Source: Macrostomum lignano (lineage: Eukaryota). From it: a stretch of DNA of 64,000 nt. The stretch's first letter is position 1; each line of letters begins with the position of its first letter. A program made the position numbers and the translations under genes. Under the pieces are notes generated by a model. It did not search any database, was not told the DNA's origin, and was given only the letters and a program-made list of their open reading frames with translations. Positions 1 through 10,809 of the stretch are shown here, piece after piece. The stretch spans positions 62,001-126,000 of the forward strand of contig NIVC01002635.1 of NCBI GenBank assembly GCA_002269645.1, written 5' to 3'.

Positions 1-359
1 ACGAGCATTTGCCTCCACACTGCTGCTGCTGCTATGGAAGTCTCCGTCGGACAAGGGTGCAGCCTGCTCGTTATTTACGTCATCCTCGACGCACCCCGAT
101 GGTCTCCGTCTCCATCATCATCCGACCATCCTGCCTCCTCTAACAGCACATCGGGGGAATCCATCTACTCAACCTCCATATGGACAGTCGGTTCAGCAGT
201 ACCGTGGTCTTCAACAGGGACACCAGCCGCCTTATTTTGGGCGTCCTGTCGCTGTTAAGCGAGACGCTCACGACGCCTCCGTTGGCGAAGTGGGTCACCG
301 CGACGCAACCGTCCTGTTGGGTCGGCATCGGCGTCTTTTGCCAAGCGAGAAAGCGGCAC

Positions 360-1132
360 CTGTTAAGAAAATAAAAATAACTAGTCTTTGTTGCAGTAAA
401 TTAAATAATAAGAGCGAAGTGAGTGGCGCAGGGCCCAAACTAGTATATTTATTTGTTGTATCCCTGCAGCCCCCGGCCCGGCAGTAGGGTGGTCCTACAG
501 GGTACAGTATCGTGTACAAGTGGTCCTTGCTTAGCCTGCGCGCGGGCGCTAAGGCGAGCACTTCCCCGGACAGTCTGGGGCGTCAGGACGCACCCACGCA
601 GCCTTCCCACGCGTCGGGACGCAGTGGTGCGGGCCGCCTTCAGAGAGGCGTCGGGACGCACTGGCTGGCGTAGAGGCGTAGAGACGTACGGTAGGTATCC
701 TTCCGACGTCTCCCTCCCAACTAGCTGAGTCGGCGTCTGGACACACGGACTCTCTGCTCCCCCCCCCCCTAGGCAACCGAAAGAAGGAAGGCAGAATGCA
801 CACTTACTCAGCTGGCGGCTGTCGCTCAGGACCGGTGCGGGTAGGTGGCCTTATCGATATATTTCTATTTCAAGTAATCGTAGCACGATCGTAACTATGG
901 CTGTCTAGCGCCGTCGGAAAGCAGGTTTCACGGAGAGGTGAATGGCCGAGACGCGCACCGCTCCAACCCGCCGCGAGCGATGTTAAATAGCACACGCCCG
1001 CGGAGGGGGAGGGCCACGCGCTCTCCACCCCACCACTTCACCAACCCCCCCCAGCCAACCCCCCGGGGACGGCAGCCCCAAGCCCGCCGCCGGACCAGCC
1101 AATCACTACGCGACTAGCTGGCCGCGACCAAT
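360..1132 (-). promoter_or_regulatory. Putative Pol II promoter plus 5' intron of a decayed unit running off the left edge
   Basis: Two CCAAT boxes (1099-1103, 1128-1132). TATTTAA on the minus strand (983-989). Donor GTAAGT starting at 807 and pyrimidine-rich acceptor ttcttaacag ending at 360. The downstream frame is acidic/low-complexity and broken by stops. Confidence 0.35.
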
Positions 1133-2689
1133 CGCCGCGCAGGGCGAGCGAACAAATTCCAAAACTCAAACCGACTTAAGCCTCTGGCTGCGGCAACGCA
1201 AAAAGGGGGGGAATAACAAAAAACCCGTAGGCCAACAGGTGACTCAGCCCGCCGGGGCTAGGTGCACAGGCACCGCAAAAGTGCACAACACAACATATTA
1301 TTATAACTTAGGGGGTTAAGTCCAGAAAAAAAGGAGGGGTGGAGTGGACTAAAGAGAGGCGAGAATGGAGAGCAGATCAGAAGGCGGCGAGGAAGAGATA
1401 AGAATATCAAGATTGCACTAGACAGAGAAAGAGAGAAAACAGAGCATAGGCGTAGGAAGGTTTCAAAAAGCATGGCCTTACTGCCCCCCCCTGTTCTCCA
1501 GGAAAAATTCCCTTTATTTGACATACTAAATCATTGATTAGTTATATTAAACAAAGTAATATCTAGCTACTGCTATCATACTACTGCTCCTCCAGCAAAC
1601 GATCAGAATCCGGCGTACGTCTTGAATGACGAAGTAGCAGCCTGTCGATTAGCCATCGCAGTGCTAGAAGCTGCATTTGGCAACTGCGTGGCCCAACCCA
1701 CCAAAGTGTCGTGGATTCCAAGACAGTCCTATCTACACAAAAATCTCTTTCAGGTCTAGCAGCTGTACGTCTTATACTTTGCCTGAAGGGACCCGAAAGC
1801 TGCAACTTTCTCCAAGGTTTCGACCTCTTCCTTTCCTGACCGGCTCATTCCTAATGTCACGTGCGACACCATTTAGACCTCGCAGTCTGCCGGTTTCGCT
1901 CTGTAGAAACGTGAACAGCCGCTTTCGTCGACCCGAATCCACGACTTTTTTGAGTCGGAGTGGATAGAGGGCATTGAATGGATTTAGCCGATCAGGTGAA
2001 TTTTCCCTGGGATGGAGAACTCGCGCAGCTCATACACGCACATGTAATTTGCCGTTTCTAGGTAGAGGTACGACTCCTTGTTGCGACTGACTCAATTGAG
2101 ATCGCCAACTCGAAAGCGTCTTCAGCCGAGCAGCCTTAATAATAAAATTTATAACGCTGGGGTTACTTTTTGCTCGTGAGAGTTCTGTGTTCTGCTGCTC
2201 ATTCTAAATCATCAATACAAAGCATTATACGCTCGTAATGAATACAGAAAAATAAACTCCCAATCACAATATACTAAATACTAATACTAATTGGAAACAA
2301 CTTTTACGTCAGAAAATTTTTATTCATGTAATTATTATTAGTCTCAAAGTATGTAGACAAGTGTAAATCATGAAGGGTTGCTGAGTTAGTTATGTAAATT
2401 TACATGTATGTGTAACAGTTTAAATTAACCCTATAAAGTAATTTAGAACATAGGACCGTAAAGTGCGAGAAATAGTAGAAAGAATGTGCATAGAGATAAT
2501 TGTCAGCATCAAATTATGAAGTCGTTTCTATCACCAGACTTTTAAAAATCGCATGGGAAAACGAAAAGGCAGCTGAAACGTTTTGATAAAATTTAAATTT
2601 ATCAAACAGATAAACAATAATCGGATCCAACAGATCAAAAAGTTCTTCATAGCCTTCCAAAACAGCATGTAGGCGCCAGCCAACATTGT

Positions 2690-2746
2690 CTATTCGATGC
2701 CGTGCATCCTCATCCTGGCCTCCAATTCAGCAAGCTTTGCCTTCTG
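2690..2746 (-). pseudogene. 3' remnant of a third ApoL-like paralog
   Basis: Minus-strand [18 protein letters not shown] matches QRAEIAELENKMRIHGIK near the C-terminus of the 5593-6528 protein (11/18 identical, with synonymous codon differences). It is followed by AT-rich UTR-like DNA; the upstream sequence is unrelated. Confidence 0.7.
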
Positions 2747-3483
2747 AGGTCCAACGAGGGGTCGGTGCGCTCGTCTGGCCGCTGGCTTTTTCGGTCAGGG
2801 CCAGCCGAGGTTTTCTCATCGCGCCTGCGACGGGTGACGACCTGAAAGCCGTCATTTTGAGATGCCCGTGCAGCGGGGTGGAGGTAGACGCACCTGAACG
2901 AGGTGCGGGGGTTTCCGAGGGGTTCGCGGCAGAGTCAACCTCCCTGTTGGAGGGTTGGGGGATTGACGGACCCCCGGCCCGGGAATTGTCGGCTCCCGAG
3001 CCGCGTCAGGTTTTGAATTATCTATGCAGAGTAGTCTGGAAAAGAAAACCTGAAATGTAGAAAATTGGGAGGGTGGTAACCGCTCGGGGACTGGATATAC
3101 CCCCAGCCAGCTCCGTGGAGCTACCCTCTGCCACGGTAAACAGCAGAGAAGCTTTGGGTTGCCGTCTTAACCCAGGATTGCTCCCAGGCGAGGCTCCGGT
3201 CCACACTCTGCAAGATCAGGGGGCGGGAGGCCGGCTGCGGGCTTGGGACACAGGCGCCAGGTCGGATTGACAGCCAACGCCCGAGCTCTCCCCCACAGGA
3301 GCGGCCCTGGAGAACCTGTGTGGTATCAGTTGCAACTATAGGCTGTCGATGGGTAGTTGGCGCTTAGCCAGCAGCCAACTACTTAGCAGCCACCTGCCTT
3401 GCATAAAGGCAGCAGGGGGGATTCGTCCTCCACCAGCAGACCAAAACGAGGAAAATGAATCCGAAAATCAACATTGTGTGAGT

Positions 3484-3521
3484 AACGACGCGTTTCGCAC
3501 TCCTAGGTGCATCTTCGGGTT
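3484..3521 (-). ncRNA. Inverted copy of the mini-hammerhead with a core mutation
   Basis: Reverse complement of 3787-3824 except that the core reads CCGAAGA instead of CTGAAGA; probably inactive. Confidence 0.65.
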
Positions 3522-3581
3522 TATTTTTTCAACAACGAAATTAAACAGGTTTTGCGAATAAATATGTGGAGTTGGTTATAG

Positions 3582-3726
3582 GTATATAGGTATACCTATA
3601 CCTAGATATATAGGTATAGGTATAAATATAGGTATAGGTATAGGTATAGGTATAATATATAGGTATAAACGTATAGGTATGTATAGGTATAAATATATAG
3701 GCATATAGGTAGGTATATAGGTATAG
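3582..3726. repeat. Degenerate TATAGG microsatellite spacer between the inverted arms
   Basis: Repeated tatagg/ggtata units. Confidence 0.85.
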
Positions 3727-3786
3727 CTATAACCAACTCCACATATTTATTCGCAAAACCTGTTTAATTTCGTTGTTGAAAAAATA

Positions 3787-3824
3787 AACCTGAAGATGCA
3801 CCTAGGAGTGCGAAACGCGTCGTT
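3787..3824 (+). ncRNA. Minimal type I hammerhead ribozyme (PLE-type)
   Basis: Stem I aac/gtt; CTGAAGA (3790-3796) plus one extra T; stem II gcac-ctagga-gtgc; GAAA; palindromic short stem III ACGCGT; GUC cleavage triplet at 3819-3821. Confidence 0.8.
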
Positions 3825-4113
3825 ACTCACACAATGTTGATTTTCGGATTCATTTTCCTTTTACTAGCCAAGCGAGCTACACTACCCAAAACGAGGAAGC
3901 TGGCCGCTTCCACGCCAGGCCTAAGCGAAGGAGGACGAGAAAAGCCTCCTCGGAAACGAAAACTGGCGGATGTCACAGAGTCCCTCGGTTTAAATTGCCA
4001 TTTGCCCCCCTTGCTGGTTTCTTGCTGGTATCAAAAAATGCAATTTTGCTTTTGCATATTTTGCATTGCATTTTCACAGTACACTGTTTGATATCTAATA
4101 TGTTTATAATATT

Positions 4114-4683
4114 CTCCAGCTCACATCTTTAGCTCACATCTCCAGCTCACATCTCCAGCTCACATCTCCAGCTCACATCTCCAGCTCACATCTCCAGCTC
4201 ACATCTCCAGCTCACATCTCCAGCTCAAATCTCCAGCTCACATCTCCAGCTCACATCTCCAGCTCAAATCTCCAGCTTACATCTCCAGCTCACATCTCCA
4301 GCTCACATCTCCAGCTCACATCTCCAGCTCACATCTCCAGCTCACATCTCCAGCTCACATCTCCAGCTCACATCTCCAGCTCAAATCTCCAGCTCACATC
4401 TCCAGCTCACATCTCCAGCTCAAATCTCCAGCTTACATCTCCAGCTCACATCTCCAGCTCACATCTCCAGCTCACATCTCCAGCTCACATCTCCAGCTCA
4501 CATCTCCAGCTCACATCTCCAGCTCACATCTCCAGCTCACATCTCCAGCTCAAATCTCCAGCTCACATCTCCAGCTTACATCTCCAGCTCACATCTCCAG
4601 CTCACATCTCCAGCTCACATCTCCAGCTCACATCTCCAGCTCAAATCTCCAGCTTACATCTCCAGCTCACATCTCCAGCTCAC
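4114..4683. repeat. 13-bp tandem repeat (CTCCAGCTCACAT), about 43 copies
   Basis: Visible periodicity with minor variants (ctcaaat, cttacat). Confidence 0.95.
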
Positions 4684-5592
4684 TTCCGATATTCACACTG
4701 TTGTACCATAAGCGAACTATAGCTCTCCTTGGGTGATCGCCAATGCACTGAGGAATCGCCTGGTGGTCCTTGGTTCGATCTGTCGTTGCTCTTCTCAATT
4801 GGGCAATTTGGGGAAGGCAGAGAATTTTTGAACCAACACGCAACCAACAGCTCTTGATGAGGGAGTGTCACTTCAGCCTCTCCTGACTGCTCGCAGGGTC
4901 TCAGTCAGCCCTGTGTTGGTACAATGACCTATTTGTCTTAGATGCCGTCTCCTGGGTGTCTCGGACCTCCTGGATAAAAGCACAGCTAAAAGTAAAATGT
5001 GCAGCTCGAGGTTCCCTGTTGAAACAGCAGGGAAGAAAACTCTGGGTTTTCCATATGAGCCCATTTTTTAAAAATTGGATTTCGAAGTTTAATATTTCTC
5101 TATTTTTATGTTTAATAACATATTTTAGTGGTTTGTCAAGTTTTGGTCAATAGTATTTGAGTGAGTTAAAAAAGCTACGAAATAGAAAGTGCCAATTCAT
5201 GTGAGCATTTTTACTCACAGTTTAGATAAAAAGGTGGACCAGGTCAGCTTCCAGGCACTTATACAAGATTTGTGTCGAGTACGAGAGAAATTTAAATTGT
5301 TGAAGGTTATTAAACTCTTAGAGATCTAAACATTTGGAAACAGAGAATTTAATATACCTTAGTAATTGGATGGAGTTGACTAGGATACATAGTGATGTAC
5401 CATTTTAAGTAGTCGCCAGAGTAAATTGACAGCTTTTTGAGACAGTGATGAATATATAGTTTTAACAATAAAAATACGGGAAACGAGGAAAATAAATTCA
5501 ATAAATAATTAAATCAATAATTTTCAGTATTCCGTGATAGTTGTAAGTAAGTAAAGTAAATAAAGTAAGTATTGTAAATAAAGCTAGTTAGT

Positions 5593-6528
5593 TTAGTTAA
5601 ATAATGTTGCGTAGGAATGTTCCATCCATTTGATGCCGTGAATCCTCATCTTGTTCTCCAACTCGGCGATCTCTGCCCTCTGCTCATCGAGCTGCTCCTG
5701 CAGCAGAGCGATGCGGTCGTCCTTCTCCAGGTCTTTGCGAAAGAATTCCAGTGCGGTCTGCAGCGCTTCGATCGCCTTCTTGTCCAGCTGGATGGTTTCG
5801 GCTTTGTCTCCGCTGCTCTTCAGCTGCTTGGCGATGACTTCCAGTTGGTTTGAGTCGTCTCTGAAGCCTCTGGCCAGCTCACGCATCGCCTTCACGTCGA
5901 CCACAGTGTTCCTCGCCACCACACCGGCCCCAACCACACAACCAGCAGCGGCAATCCAGGCGAGTCCGCCGGTGAAGAAGCCGAGAGCCGCGAGCCCGAT
6001 CGCTCCGAGCGCCAGGCCGGTAGTCGCTGCCGCTCCCCTGTTTCTCGTGCTGTTCGCTTTCTTCTCCAGCTCATCCGCTTTCTGCTTCAGCTTATCAGTG
6101 AGTTTCGTGGCGATTTGCTGTGCTTTGAGCAAGTGGCCGATGAAGTCATCGAATGCGGCTGAGAAGTCGCTTGCCATTTTATGAGTAGATATGAGAATCT
6201 CACAGAACTCCTTGACTAGTTCTGGAGGGACGCTGCTCTTGATTTTTGTTGTCACGAATCTCTCGAACACTTGGATCTCTTTCCCGAATTTCTGGAGCCA
6301 GACTTCCAGCTTGGATCTGGAGTTCCGAACTTCTACCAGCTGCAGCTTCAGTTCCTTCATCTGCGGCTCATTGGGCAGGTCGAGTTGCTCCACCACGCCG
6401 GCGTGCTTCTTCGTTTGCTCGATAACTCTGTACAGCTCGGTTCTATCGTCTTGGAGCGACTTCATCGTTTTGACAGCCTTGCTGATGCCGCTCAGGACGT
6501 CGCTGATCTCTCCCAGCTTCTCAGCCAT
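5593..6528 (-). CDS. ApoL-like coiled-coil protein with a Gly/Ala-rich hydrophobic hairpin, about 311 aa, single coding exon
   Basis: Start placed at MAEKLGEISDVL (ATG at 6528) because homology to the 59870 paralog begins there (MTEKLAEISDVL). Amphipathic helices flank the hydrophobic GAAATTGLALGAIGLAALGFFTGGLAWIAAAGCVVGAGVV, which resembles the ApoL GLxLAPFTxG hairpin. The family call is inference. Confidence 0.7.
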   Translation of the reverse strand: MAEKLGEISDVLSGISKAVKTMKSLQDDRTELYRVIEQTKKHAGVVEQLDLPNEPQMKELKLQLVEVRNSRSKLEVWLQKFGKEIQVFERFVTTKIKSSVPPELVKEFCEILISTHKMASDFSAAFDDFIGHLLKAQQIATKLTDKLKQKADELEKKANSTRNRGAAATTGLALGAIGLAALGFFTGGLAWIAAAGCVVGAGVVARNTVVDVKAMRELARGFRDDSNQLEVIAKQLKSSGDKAETIQLDKKAIEALQTALEFFRKDLEKDDRIALLQEQLDEQRAEIAELENKMRIHGIKWMEHSYATLFN

Positions 6529-7070
6529 GACTCCGATGTCTACTGCTTGTGGTCCACCGTATTCTATGGAAACAGCTCTACCTATAGCCTTAGCAAATCT
6601 TCTCAGAAGTTTAAACAGGTAAATCTGAGACAATGGTTTTCCAGCAGGTACCAAGAGGAAGCAGACTTAATTGGGAATGTAAAAAGATTATCAAAATGCA
6701 GCTACTCGTATGACTGGCGCTACCCTCCTTGGCTCAGCTTATTTTGCCACTGTTCGAGTTCCTCCCGGTTTAAATGTGCATTCAAAGTTCCCTTTTCGAG
6801 ACGCTCAGAGACCCCACCAGTAGAGCAAAAATGACTGTTCATTTAGTTCCGTGTTTCGGTTTGGACTGAAAATGCTTGAGAGAATTGAGCAGCCAGTAGA
6901 CAGCTTTCCAGGAAAGCTAACAAGTAGGAACAACTGCAGAGTTCCTATGCGTCTTTGTTTCTGTTGGACTCTGACTGACTGATCATTTATGGACTGTGGG
7001 CTCTGGGTCAGTGTTTGGGGTGGGTTTTGTCTGGTGAGGGTTTGCGTACTCTGTGTACATCGTTGCTCTT

Positions 7071-7271
7071 TCTCCATTTTCACCTGCTTACCGTTGATCT
7101 TCACAAAACAGAAGTCAGCTGGCTTAGTTGATGCTCCGATGTTCTGAGCTGCCGATGTTGGTGTCGTGAAGTCGTTGACTAGTTGCAGCTGCTGAACAAA
7201 CTCAGTGATCTGATCTACAGTCAGCTCTTGCGTCATCTCACGCTCCAGAACCTTGTTTCTCGTGTCGTGGC
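7071..7271 (-). pseudogene. Inverted gag-end/protease-start fragment inside the Gypsy element
   Basis: Minus strand reads DTTRNKVLEREMTQELTVDQITEFVQQL...FCFVKINGKQVKME, gag helices followed by the protease lead-in, opposite to the pol orientation. Confidence 0.65.
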
Positions 7272-9089
7272 TTGCGTGAGGCCAATGTTAAAATTAACGA
7301 GTCAAAGTGCGTTATGGAGGCTAGCATCCTGAAGTTTCTGGGGCACGTCATCGATTCTGAAGGCATCAAACCAGACCCAGGAATGGTTGAGAGAGTGCTA
7401 CAGGTAGCGAGCCCCAAGAGTAAAAAGGACCTAGAGAAGTTTCTAGGACTCGCACAGTTCTACGGCCGACTGATTCCCAACTTCTCCGAGCGCTGCCGAG
7501 TATTGCATGAGCTGAGGAGGAGCGACAGTGCATTCGATTGGAGCCCGGCAGCCGAGGCTGCCTTTGCCGAAGTAAAAGCATGTCTTGCCTCCGAGCCGTG
7601 TGTCAAGCCATACGACATCAATGCGCCAGTCTGCCTTCGTGTTGATGCTAGTGAAAAATCTGTAGGCGCTGTTCTGACTCAAGCAGGTCACCCGGTGATG
7701 TACCTATCGAGGATGCTCACCTCCGCGGAGTCCAACTACTCTAACATTGAAAGGGAGCGCTAGCCGTAGTTTGGGCAGTTGAGCGAGCGAAGAAAATGTT
7801 GATCGGGAAAAAAATTATCTTGCAAACGGACCATGAGCCTCTGAGATTTATTTTCAACCCGAGCAAAAGCCTGTCAAAAACAGCATCAGCTAGGCTGACT
7901 AGATGGGCCTTGAGACTGTGTGCATTCGATTACTCTGTGAAATACATTCCAGGAAAGCAGCTACTGGACGCTGATGCCTTGTCAAGGCTCAACTACACTG
8001 CAGAAGTCGACGAGGACACGGTGCATCAAGCGGATTCAGTGCTGAGCGCAGATGACTGCGGCGCGTCTGGGCTGGTGACTCGGCAGGAGCTCCGGGAAGC
8101 TACCCTGAACTGCTCGGTGCTGAAGAGACTGCAACAGAGAATCCGAACCGGGCGTTGGGGTCAGGTTTCCCAGGTTGAGCGACCCTTTAAAGCCTGTAGA
8201 ACTTCCCTGTCGACTGATAACGGCTTGGTGATCCATGGAACTCGAGTGGTACCTCCAGCAGTGCTTCGTCGGCGGATTCTGGAAGCGGCTCATGATGAAG
8301 TGCATCCTAGCTTTGAAAACACTAAGGCCCACATCTGCAAGGAATTCTGGTGGCCTGGATTGGATCGAGATGTGCGACAGTATGTGGAGAGATGCCGGAC
8401 ATGCGCTGAGTCCCGCCCACTGTCTAATCGCAAAATCGACATTTGGCCACCGGAGACAACTCCATGGAACCTCGTCCACATGGACCACTGCGAAGTCTCG
8501 GGAGTCGGCCTGCTGCTGCTACTGTCGGACGCTTACTCAGGCTGGCCTGAAGCCATTCCTGTTCCGGACAAGTCGACGGACACTGTCGAGAGTCCTGAGA
8601 GCTGTCTTTGCTCGCAACGGTGTGCCGCAAACCTTGGTATCCGACAACGCACCAGAGTTTAAATCGACCCGACTGTCTCAGTGGCTGAACTCAATCGGCT
8701 GCAGGGAGGTCCACACTCCGCCATACCACCCGGCATCAAACGGACAGGCTGAACGGCTCGTAAGGAGCCTGTAGGACGGCCTGAGAACCTGGAACCGAGT
8801 TGTCCCATTTCAACAATTCCTGCAGAAGCTGCTCCTGACCGTGAGGACTGGCCGGCCGAGTGGATCTAGACCAGCGTCACCGGACATCATGATGCGGGGG
8901 AGGAGGCTGCGTCATCCTCTATCAATGCCTGAACAAGTCGGAGATGCTATCTAGCTTCGGATGCGCCCAGAGACCGGACCCGTCAAGGCTAAGTTCGTGG
9001 TTCAGCATGGCCAAAATACTGCTCTGGTGACGCCAACTGATTTGCCGTCTGGAGGACTGCGTCTGGCCCACCGCAACCAATGGAGCGAC
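7272..9089 (+). pseudogene. Disrupted pol (RT C-terminus, RNase H, integrase)
   Basis: Frameshift near 7757-7763 (ERE/ALAVVWAVE), frameshift near 8585 and premature TAG at 8772-8774; conserved motifs are spread over ORFs 7272-7763, 7796-8662 and 8235-8774. Confidence 0.9.
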
Positions 9090-9302
9090 TGTTGGTTCTT
9101 GAGGCACAGACACTATAACACCAATTTTGATGTAGCCTATAGCTAACTCGGTAATTTCTTAAGTGCTCCAGTTGAGCAGCTCTTACTATCACTTTTATTT
9201 ATTGTGGCCTTAGAACGAGGCACCGCTCATTCAAGTTGTACTGTAATGCTAGTGGCGGTCATGCCATAGATAAAAGCCTATATCAAATTAAGACATCTAA
9301 CA
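9090..9302 (-). mobile_element. Solo LTR (213 bp) nested in the Gypsy element
   Basis: Begins TGTTGG and ends CTAACA, flanked by 5-bp TSD GCGAC (9085-9089, 9303-9307). AATAAA on the minus strand. Unrelated to the host LTR. Confidence 0.8.
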
Positions 9303-10754
9303 GCGACCGTCCAGAGCGACCGTCCAGAGCCTGAGCATCTGCAGCCCCCAGCTGGTACGCCCAAGATGGTCGTTCCGGAACCAGCTGACAAGCCGACGGT
9401 TCAGAATGACAGCGCGAATACTGGTGGGCCTTCCTATGAGCTCCAACCAAGACGTCCGGTCTGCTACAAGTGCTAATTTGATGGGGGGGGGGGGGTAGTG
9501 TTGGACTCTGACTGACTGATCATTTATGAACTTTGGGCTCTGGGGTCAGTGTTTGGGGTGGGTTTTGTCTGGCGAGGGTTTGCGTACTCTGTGTACATCG
9601 TTGCTCGTTCTCCATTCCCTCGTGCATGTCTTATCTCTGTCACCCATCCCAAAGCTATGCTGCGATGCTTATTAAATGTGTTCTGATCTAAGGTATACTT
9701 CAATAAACTTTTGTCACTACTGAGTGCTAAAGCTATTGACTTTCAGTTTCTAAATTCGCAAGTTTGGGACTGAATTTCCTATGCTTTTCGGTTGTTCAGG
9801 GACTGCTGAATTCGTCCTTGAGCTATTTGGCTGCAATTTGTAAGCAGCCAATTCGAAATTTCAGATTCAAATTTTCAGCTAGCTTAAAGTTTCCGACAAT
9901 AAAAGGCTAAAAAACAGATTATTTTTCACAATATGAAAGTTCGATACTGATTCGTTCTAGCACTACTTACAGTAGGCTTTCAAAAACACCAACCTGAGCT
10001 GCCTGAATGGCTACCGCTATTATTATTATCAACAGTGCGCTGGATTTTTAGTAGAATATTCGGGTACAGAGAATATTGAAAAAAAATTACAGGAGGAGCT
10101 GTCCTGTGGCTGTGAATTGCAGTTAAAATTTCATGCACAGGCCCAGATATACGAGCTACATGGAAGTTTTGTGCGCACTGGCAGGAGTATATTAATCAGT
10201 GACCCAATGGTTCAGTTTTAATGTCATTTTATTTATTGTTATGAAATGTGTTGCATTATTGCTAACACTTGAACTCGAATGAGCACAGCAAGCAGCTTCA
10301 GGCGGTACTCGAAGGACTCAGCGAAAAGAGGAGGCTGACAGTGCTCCAGGAAAAATGCCAGGCCGAGTTCCTGGGCCTTACGGGATTTGAGCTGATAGAG
10401 TTCGACCGTCAAAGAGGTGACCCGCATCCCAGCACAATGGAAATTAATGCGTCATTTCATCCCCGACTTTGCAAAGACAGCGAGACCACTGCGAGAGGTG
10501 CTCAAGTAGGACACCGCCTTTCACTGGACGAGCGAGTGCGACTCTGCCTTCGCCGAGCTCAAGCGACAGCTGAGCTATCTACCGGTGGCGGTAGGCCTGC
10601 ATCTACCGATACACCTAGGCTTTGCAGGGCTTTGGGAGTTTGTTAAATCATGCCAGTTATCTTTCAACTATAAATGCATGTGCGCTCCAGCCTTCCTCTG
10701 TGACTTTTCTACCCCGCAATCGCTTCTCGCATCTGCGTTAATTGGCTCGCAGTA

Positions 10755-10809
10755 GTACAACATGGCTGTACAACATGGCTGTACAACATGGCTGTACAAC
10801 ATGGCTGTA
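10755..10809. repeat. 13-bp tandem repeat GTACAACATGGCT x4
   Basis: Direct observation. Confidence 0.9.

Larger units (their letters stand above)
3454..3885 (+). mobile_element. Non-autonomous Penelope-like (PLE)-derived foldback insertion: inverted pLTR, spacer, pLTR and tail
   Basis: 133-bp inverted arms at 3449-3581 and 3727-3859. A 26-bp tail (3860-3885) follows only the right arm. A 13-bp direct repeat CCAAAACGAGGAA at 3441-3453 and 3886-3898 is a putative TSD. Each arm carries a mini-hammerhead motif. Confidence 0.75.
6962..9745 (+). mobile_element. Degenerate, rearranged Ty3/Gypsy LTR retrotransposon
   Basis: TG...CA termini and 5-bp TSD GTTTC (6957-6961, 9746-9750). PPT G-run 9483-9498; 3' LTR 9499-9745; 5' LTR truncated (6962-~7077). 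RT C-terminus, RNase H (RVDASEKSVGAVL, YSNIERE) and integrase (HHCC; LVSDNAPEF; HPASNGQAER) follow in Gypsy order. Confidence 0.93.

Noticed and set aside
1779-1805. Hammerhead-like ttgc-CTGAAG-ggaccc-GAAA-gct-gcaa
   Set aside because: Lacks core A9 and the cleavage nucleotide, and stem II is only 2 bp; at best a degenerate remnant.
2075-2115. CTGA...GAAAGCGTC motif suggesting another hammerhead
   Set aside because: No CUGANGA core with pairing stems on either strand.
2750-3440. Possible non-LTR retrotransposon ORF1 remnant
   Set aside because: Only one short motif ([12 protein letters not shown]) supports it; no RT, endonuclease or tail was identified, so it is not called as a feature.
4683-5060. 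Possible decayed RT or other coding fragment after the 13-bp repeat
   Set aside because: No recognisable catalytic motif in any frame.
6529-6654. N-terminal extensions in the ORF track for the ApoL-like genes (also 59762-59869)
   Set aside because: Paralog homology begins at the internal Met in both genes, and acceptor-like aagcag sites lie just upstream of each.
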